Shown piece after piece: positions 58,749 through 64,000 of a stretch of 64,000 nt of DNA. The notes below the pieces were generated by a model, which searched no databases, had not been told where the DNA came from, and worked only from the letters and a program-made list of their open reading frames with translations. The DNA is from Pirellulales bacterium (GTDB lineage: Bacteria; Planctomycetota; Planctomycetia; Pirellulales; PNKZ01), in NCBI GenBank assembly GCA_036272935.1, contig DATAXP010000075.1, positions 87,085 to 151,084 of the forward strand, in the 5' to 3' direction. Positions within the stretch are counted from its first letter, which is position 1. Every line of letters starts with the position of its first letter. A program made the position numbers and the translations under genes.

Positions 58749-59960
58749 ATGGCATCCGACATCCACAAGGCCGAGCCGGGCAGCACGATGTCAGGCAACA
58801 CCGCCCCGCAACGGGCGGAGTCGCGGGACGAACCGCGCGCCGAGAAGCGCACGCCGCGCAAGCATGACCCGCTGGCCACGGAGCAGTCGCGGCGCAAACG
58901 CCTGGCGACGGCCGCCCCGCTGATCGACACGTCCGACAAGCCGGCGGCGTCGTCGCCGAAGAAGCGTTCGAGCGTCAAGCGCAAGTCGACGTTCAAGTTG
59001 CCTCCTTGGCTTGGGCGATCGCTGGCGATGTGCCGAACTCGTTTCGGCCGCAGCATGATTAGCGCCACGGTGCTGCACGCGGCGCTGGTGATCGGCCTGG
59101 GATTGGCGAGCGTGGCGGCGGTGAACCACGAGAAGGGGGTCGTGCTCAGCACGCTGTCCGACGACCTCGACCCGTTTGTCCCTGAAACGATCGTCGCTCC
59201 GGTGCCGCTGACTGCCGAGCCGATCGCGCCGCTGGACACCGCGCTTGCCTCGCAGATGTCGTTGACGGTGCCGGCGGCAGCGATTAGCGCGTCGCTATCG
59301 GCCGACGTGAACGTGGGCTCGAACGAGTTCGATGTCGGCAACTTCGCGGGCTTGCTCACACCGCTCGGTGGAGGAAAGAGCGAGGGGAAAGGCGCGGGCA
59401 AGGGGATCGAAGACGGCAAGGCGCTGATGAAGCCGGTGACGACGAAGTTCCTCGGCAGCTCAGCCACCGGGGAACGCTTCGCCTTCGTGATCGACAAATC
59501 GACGAGCTCATCGGCTGAAATCTACGACGTGGCGCGCTTCGAGCTGCTGCGGACCCTGTCGACCATGAAGCCTTACCACAAGTTCTACGTGGTCTTCTTC
59601 AGCGAAGACACGTTGCCGATGTTCTCGCCGGCGGTCGAAAAAGACATGCTCACCGCAACACCCGCCAACGTGGAAAAACTTGGCAAGTGGGTGGCGACCA
59701 TCGAGCGGCTGAAAGGAGGCAGCGGCCTGCGTCCAGCCTTCGATGCATGCCTGGCGGTCAAACCCAACGTCATCTACTTCCTCACCGATGGCCTGATGAG
59801 TGAGAAGAGCGTCGAGTACATTTCATCGAATTGTGCCGCAGCAAAGATCCCGGTGAACGTGATCGGCTTCAAGCCGAAATACGGCAGCGCCGAGGAAGGC
59901 TTGAAGAACCTGAAAACCATTGCCGAGCGCACCAAAGGGACGGCAACCTTCATGCAGTAG
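58749..59960 (+). CDS. Membrane-anchored protein with a C-terminal von Willebrand factor A (vWA) domain
   Basis: Start at the ATG at 58749. Basic, low-complexity N-terminus, one TM helix (ISATVLHAALVIGLGLASVAAV), then vWA-like blocks (FAFVIDKSTS…, FYVVFFSE…, IYFLTDG…). Confidence 0.65.
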   Translation: MASDIHKAEPGSTMSGNTAPQRAESRDEPRAEKRTPRKHDPLATEQSRRKRLATAAPLIDTSDKPAASSPKKRSSVKRKSTFKLPPWLGRSLAMCRTRFGRSMISATVLHAALVIGLGLASVAAVNHEKGVVLSTLSDDLDPFVPETIVAPVPLTAEPIAPLDTALASQMSLTVPAAAISASLSADVNVGSNEFDVGNFAGLLTPLGGGKSEGKGAGKGIEDGKALMKPVTTKFLGSSATGERFAFVIDKSTSSSAEIYDVARFELLRTLSTMKPYHKFYVVFFSEDTLPMFSPAVEKDMLTATPANVEKLGKWVATIERLKGGSGLRPAFDACLAVKPNVIYFLTDGLMSEKSVEYISSNCAAAKIPVNVIGFKPKYGSAEEGLKNLKTIAERTKGTATFMQ

Positions 59961-59991
59961 GGTGAGCTACGCCCACCATGCGCAGACGGAA

Positions 59992-60420
59992 TTACGCATC
60001 GCCTCGCACCGCCAACCAGCTCACCACGAGCGCGACGAGCACCAGCAGGTGCGTGTTCTCGATGCCGCTTGGAAACGCGATCAACCCCTCGTCGGCAAGC
60101 GCGAACATCGCGAACAGTCCCACGGCAACGCTGAACGCTGTGGTCGCGTTGCGTCGGCCGATAAGCGCTCGCCAGAATAACGCCGCCGCCAGGCATTCCC
60201 ATGCAATCACGCCAACGAACAGCGCAGCGACCGCGCTGCGCGGCACCGCGTAGATCGCCGTCGTGCGCACGGTCAACTCGAAGTTGCCCGAAGCGAAGGG
60301 CCAATCGCCGGGCAACACGCCCAGCGCCTTCAGGCCATCGCACGCATTGCTCGCAACGACGAGCGTGAACCACGCGGCCCAGAACAGCAGCAAAACCAGC
60401 GCCATCGAAAATCGGTTCAT
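59992..60420 (-). CDS. Small hypothetical membrane protein (4 TM)
   Basis: 142 aa with four hydrophobic helices and no recognisable motif. Confidence 0.4.
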   Translation of the reverse strand: MNRFSMALVLLLFWAAWFTLVVASNACDGLKALGVLPGDWPFASGNFELTVRTTAIYAVPRSAVAALFVGVIAWECLAAALFWRALIGRRNATTAFSVAVGLFAMFALADEGLIAFPSGIENTHLLVLVALVVSWLAVRGDA

Positions 60421-60777
60421 CGCAAATGTCTCAGCGCATTCGCCTTCGGCATCGATCGCTGCGAGCGGCCACGGGCCTGCTCACGCCGTCAGTATAATGG
60501 GGGCAGTGTAGCCGAGTCGCCGCCGCAACAGGCGCGAGAGCGGGGAACCAACGGCGGCCAAACACATTGGCCGCCCGGGGCGTAGGCTCGCCGCGACAAG
60601 CGAGCCGGAGCACTTTCAAGCTTTAGCCCGTCAGCTAACCTCGCAGGCCGGCCGTCGAGCGTTTAGATGGCCCAGGGTGAAAGGGCACTCCTCGCTCGAG
60701 GCCGACGATCTTTGCGGCCTCCTCGCTGCGGAGTACCGGGAAAACATTTGCGCCCTCGGGCGCGAAAGGGTACTTCC

Positions 60778-62964
60778 ATGTTGTGGGCAACTTTGTTCGC
60801 GGCCGATGCGTCGGCCCATGGGTTCGTGCGCGCGCTGGAAGCGGCGTCGCCGTGGATCGTTTGGCTTGCCGGGGTGGCCGCCGTGACGCTGATCGCGTGC
60901 TGGCTCACCTTGCGTTCGATCCCGAACAACTACATCGGCGTGATCGAACAGCTCTGGTCGTCGCGCGGAAGCGTGACCGGGGGGAACATCATCGCGCTCG
61001 GCGGCCAGGCCGGCTTCCAGGCTGAGGTGCTGCGCGGCGGCATCCACTTCGGCTATTGGCGCTGGCAGTACAAGATTCACCGCGCGCCGCTGGTGACCGT
61101 CCCGCAAGGCAAGCTTGGCTACGTGTATGCGCGCGACGGCGAAGCGCTCCCGGCCAGCCAGACGCTCGGCCGGGTCGTGCCCTGCCAGAACTTTCAGGAT
61201 GCCCGCGCGTTCCTGGCCCCGGCGCATGGCGGCGAACGCGGACAGCGTGGCCGGCAGCGTGCCGTGCTGCGCGAAGGCGTGTACGCCGTGAACGTGGCGC
61301 TGTTCGTGGTGATTAGCGAGGACGCGGTGTTCTCGTTGGCCGCCACTTCGACACCGCAGGAAAAGGGCCTTGTCGCAAGTTGGCGAGAAGAACTTGCCGC
61401 GATCGACGGCTTCCGCCCGGTGGTGATCGGGGCGCCGATCGAAGTGGCCGACCCGCTGCGTCCCGACGAGGCAATCTGTGTCGACAGCATTGGCCTGGTG
61501 ACGGTGCACGACGGCCCCTCGCTGCGTCCCGGCGAGATCATCGCTCCGGCCGTGGGTAACGATCCGGCCGAGCACGATTTTCATAACAACTACCAGGACC
61601 CCGAGGCCTTTCTGCGCGCCGGCGGTCAGCGCGGCCGGCAATATGTGCCGCTGACCGACGGCACGTACTTCATCAATCGCTGGTTCGCCACGGTCGAGAT
61701 GATCCCCAAGACGGTGGTGCCGATCGGATACGTCGGCGTGGTGGTGAGCTACTACGGTCGGACGGGACGCGACGTTTCGGGCGAGACATTCCGCCACGGC
61801 GAGCGCGTTGCCGAAGGGCAGCGCGGCGTGTGGGAGAAGCCGCTGGGGCCGGGCAAGTATCCATTCAATACGCTGGCAGGCAGCATCGTGCTGGTGCCGA
61901 CGACGAACTTCGTGCTGCACTGGGTCACCGGCAAAAGCGAGGCACATCGCTACGACGAGAGCCTGCGCTCGATCGACCTGGTGACGCGCGACGCCTACGA
62001 GCCGCTGCTGCCGCTGAGCGTGGTGGTACACATCGACTATCAACGGGCGCCGAGCGTGATCCAGCGCTTCGGCGACGTAAAGAAGCTGATCACGCAGACG
62101 CTCGACCCGATGCTCAGCGCGTACTTCCGCGACATCGCGCATCGCAAGACGATGCTCGAGCTGCTGCACGAGCGCGACGTGATTCAAAAAGAGGCCCGCG
62201 ACGAACTGCGCCGCAAGTTCGGCGAGTTCGACATCGAGTGTGTCGACGTGCTGATCGGCAAGCCCGACACCGCCGAGGCCGGCGGGAAGATCGAGGTGCT
62301 GCTCGAGCAGTTGCGGCAGCGGCAGTTGTCGCACGAGCAGCTTGAAACCTACGCTCGGCAAACCGCGGCGGCCGAGAAGCTGCGGATGCTCAACGAGGCC
62401 CAGGCCCAGGCGAGCATGCAAACGCAGCTCACCAACAGCCGCGTGCAAATCCAGATTGCCGAGAGCCAAGGCGAGGCGGAACTTGCCCGCAGCCGCAAGC
62501 AGGCCGAGCAGACGGTGGTCGTCGCCGATGCCGAGTTGGCCCGTTCGCGCCGTCAGGCCGAACAGACGGTGCTTTTGGCCGAAGCCGAGAGCCAGCAACG
62601 CAAGCTCGCCGGCCGCGGCGAAGGGCAGCGGATCATGCAGGTCGGTCTGTCGGAAGCCTCGGTGCTGCTGCGCAAGATCAGCTCGTTCGGCGACCCGCGG
62701 CTGTATGCCTTGGCGCTGGTTGCCGAGCACCTGGCGCACAGCGCCCAGCCGCTGGTGCCCGAGCGCGTGTTCGTCGCCGGCGCGACTGGCGAGAAACAGC
62801 CGGCGGCCAGCGGGATGCTGGGGCTGCTGATCGATCTGCTGGTCGCCGAGAAATCGGGCTTCCAGCCGGCAGCCGGCAACGATGGGGCCGACTGGAAAAC
62901 GCTGGCCGACCGCTTCACCGCCCAGGCGGTCGAGTCGCTGGAGCAACCGGCAACGGCGAAGTAG
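60778..62964 (+). CDS. Flotillin-like SPFH/band-7 domain protein (YqiK-like)
   Basis: Start at the ATG at 60778. N-terminal TM (IVWLAGVAAVTLIACWL), SPFH domain, then a long coiled-coil flotillin tail with EA-type repeats (…AELARSRKQAEQTVVVADAELARSRRQAEQTVLLAEAESQQRKLA…). The 825-aa antisense ORF 60631..63108 is not credited. Confidence 0.8.
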   Translation: MLWATLFAADASAHGFVRALEAASPWIVWLAGVAAVTLIACWLTLRSIPNNYIGVIEQLWSSRGSVTGGNIIALGGQAGFQAEVLRGGIHFGYWRWQYKIHRAPLVTVPQGKLGYVYARDGEALPASQTLGRVVPCQNFQDARAFLAPAHGGERGQRGRQRAVLREGVYAVNVALFVVISEDAVFSLAATSTPQEKGLVASWREELAAIDGFRPVVIGAPIEVADPLRPDEAICVDSIGLVTVHDGPSLRPGEIIAPAVGNDPAEHDFHNNYQDPEAFLRAGGQRGRQYVPLTDGTYFINRWFATVEMIPKTVVPIGYVGVVVSYYGRTGRDVSGETFRHGERVAEGQRGVWEKPLGPGKYPFNTLAGSIVLVPTTNFVLHWVTGKSEAHRYDESLRSIDLVTRDAYEPLLPLSVVVHIDYQRAPSVIQRFGDVKKLITQTLDPMLSAYFRDIAHRKTMLELLHERDVIQKEARDELRRKFGEFDIECVDVLIGKPDTAEAGGKIEVLLEQLRQRQLSHEQLETYARQTAAAEKLRMLNEAQAQASMQTQLTNSRVQIQIAESQGEAELARSRKQAEQTVVVADAELARSRRQAEQTVLLAEAESQQRKLAGRGEGQRIMQVGLSEASVLLRKISSFGDPRLYALALVAEHLAHSAQPLVPERVFVAGATGEKQPAASGMLGLLIDLLVAEKSGFQPAAGNDGADWKTLADRFTAQAVESLEQPATAK

Positions 62965-63185
62965 CAAAACCCTCGCCTTTTTGGGGTTTGCGTATAAAGC
63001 GCCGATTTTTAGGTGACTTTGTGTGGCAAACGACAAGTTTGCCCACAAAGTCGGTAGCGCATTTCTCTGGAATTTCAGTATCGACAACAAAGCTGAGCAG
63101 TAAGGCAAAAAGCCTATCCGCCAAAAATTCCGCTCAAGCGAAGGCCACGAGCCGTCAAGTTCGGATCAGCGACGATCAAGAACAA

Positions 63186-63710
63186 CTACTTCGTGCCGGA
63201 AGTTGCCGGTGCAGGTTGTTGAATTGAGTTGCCCACGAAGTACCTTACCAATCCACGAGCTTGAATAATAAAATTCAAGCCCTCGCCATCTCCCAGCGCT
63301 AACGAGCATGAATTGCTTTTCATCCACTTACCCAAGGCATCCATTCGCTCCTGACTGATTCTCCTGGGCCCAACTAAGCCGATCCCAGGCGGTTTGGGAT
63401 CAATATCCTCGTCGGGAAAGAAAAACACTTCATCGAATCCAAACAAGATCTGATTTGAGGACTCGGTGTTCAAAAGCACCCTTGTTGGTATCAGAACTCC
63501 ATGCCCCAGCCTCTTTGCGTCGGTCTTTATCCCGTCAAACTCCGGACTCACTTCAAGTAGTTCGGATAGCTCACGATTGCTGTCGAGACATGTAATCAAG
63601 GCATAATGCGTGCTGGGAAAGGCAGATGGAAGGTGCAAAAGAAAATCATGAACTGAGCTGTCTAACCAGCCCGCTATGTAGTTGCCGTATTTTACAATCT
63701 TGTCTCCCAT
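63186..63710 (-). CDS. Hypothetical 174-aa protein in a low-GC segment; candidate immunity protein for the toxin-like domain upstream
   Basis: It starts 3 nt after the stop of the truncated upstream ORF. GC is about 47% against about 67% in the flanks. No family assignable. Confidence 0.4.
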   Translation of the reverse strand: MGDKIVKYGNYIAGWLDSSVHDFLLHLPSAFPSTHYALITCLDSNRELSELLEVSPEFDGIKTDAKRLGHGVLIPTRVLLNTESSNQILFGFDEVFFFPDEDIDPKPPGIGLVGPRRISQERMDALGKWMKSNSCSLALGDGEGLNFIIQARGLVRYFVGNSIQQPAPATSGTK

Positions 63711-63713
63711 GCC

Positions 63714-64000
63714 TCATTCTCCCGGCTTCAAGGGACGGCCAGCCTGACGTGGCTCATCTTTCGTCCAGTCCCAGTCGTGGGCGTGCGGCTTTCCCGCACC
63801 ATGGTCGTGAGAATAGTCAATGTTCTTGATCGCATTACCGTCCTTCCCATAAAAGCGACGGCGAATTAAATTCCCTTTCCCGTCAGGGCAAACGCACGTT
63901 GTTCGTAGAAGAGGATTGTTCGCAGTGTGCTTGCCGGAGTGAAGGCTAGCAGCGAAAGATTGTCCGTGGCTGGAGGCATTGTATTCTCTCACGGAGGTCG
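63714..64000 (-). CDS. C-terminal end (gene continues beyond the window) of a protein with a His-rich toxin-like tail; candidate polymorphic-toxin C-terminal domain
   Basis: The reading frame stays open to the window edge (…STSVREYNASSHGQSF…). The tail is …RRRFYGKDGNAIKNIDYSHDHGAGKPHAHDWDWTKDE…, a His-rich HNH/EndoVII-style metal-binding-like motif. Low GC, and followed by a small immunity-like ORF. Confidence 0.4.
   Translation of the reverse strand, partial: TSVREYNASSHGQSFAASLHSGKHTANNPLLRTTCVCPDGKGNLIRRRFYGKDGNAIKNIDYSHDHGAGKPHAHDWDWTKDEPRQAGRPLKPGE

Noticed and set aside
60631-63108. 825-aa minus-strand ORF
   Set aside because: Antisense to the flotillin/SPFH gene, whose coiled-coil EA repeats and SPFH motifs are convincing. 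The translation is Arg/Gly-rich junk.

Overview
This is a high-GC window (about 65-70%) whose gene content looks planctomycete: paired DUF1501 and PSCyt/DUF1549/DUF1553 genes, a tandem-DUF1080 protein, and a TMTC-like TPR membrane protein. Most of it is housekeeping or metabolism.

- **Metabolism and regulation:** a CusRS-like two-component system beside an SbtA-like permease, sulfite reductase, folD, a hybrid histidine kinase, rarD, a lutABC lactate-utilisation operon, a fatty-acid beta-oxidation cluster (fadB/fadJ-like, fadA thiolase, acyl-CoA ligase, acyl-CoA dehydrogenase), icd, lpxK, serA, a flotillin-like SPFH protein and a fused ECF transporter.
- **Unusual protein architecture:**
  - A 2356-aa protein made of two complete UvrA units fused in tandem, plus a roughly 390-aa C-terminal domain I cannot place.
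  - A triple EcfA-EcfA'-EcfT fusion.
- **Candidate toxin/defence modules in low-GC stretches:**
  - A low-GC two-gene island between the UvrA-like gene and icd, with an ATGA-coupled pair of unknown genes.
  - A PIN-domain gene plus a small overlapping partner sitting inside the beta-oxidation operon.
  - A low-GC toxin-C-terminus plus immunity-like pair cut by the window's right edge.
- **Repeats and non-coding elements:**
  - Two families of palindromic repeats, one of which is inserted in-frame into coding sequence.
  - A promoter-to-terminator unit that looks like a small RNA.
  - A long hairpin with G·U compensation in a 5' leader.

I found no rRNA, tRNA or CRISPR array. Several very long antisense ORFs are artefacts of the GC content.
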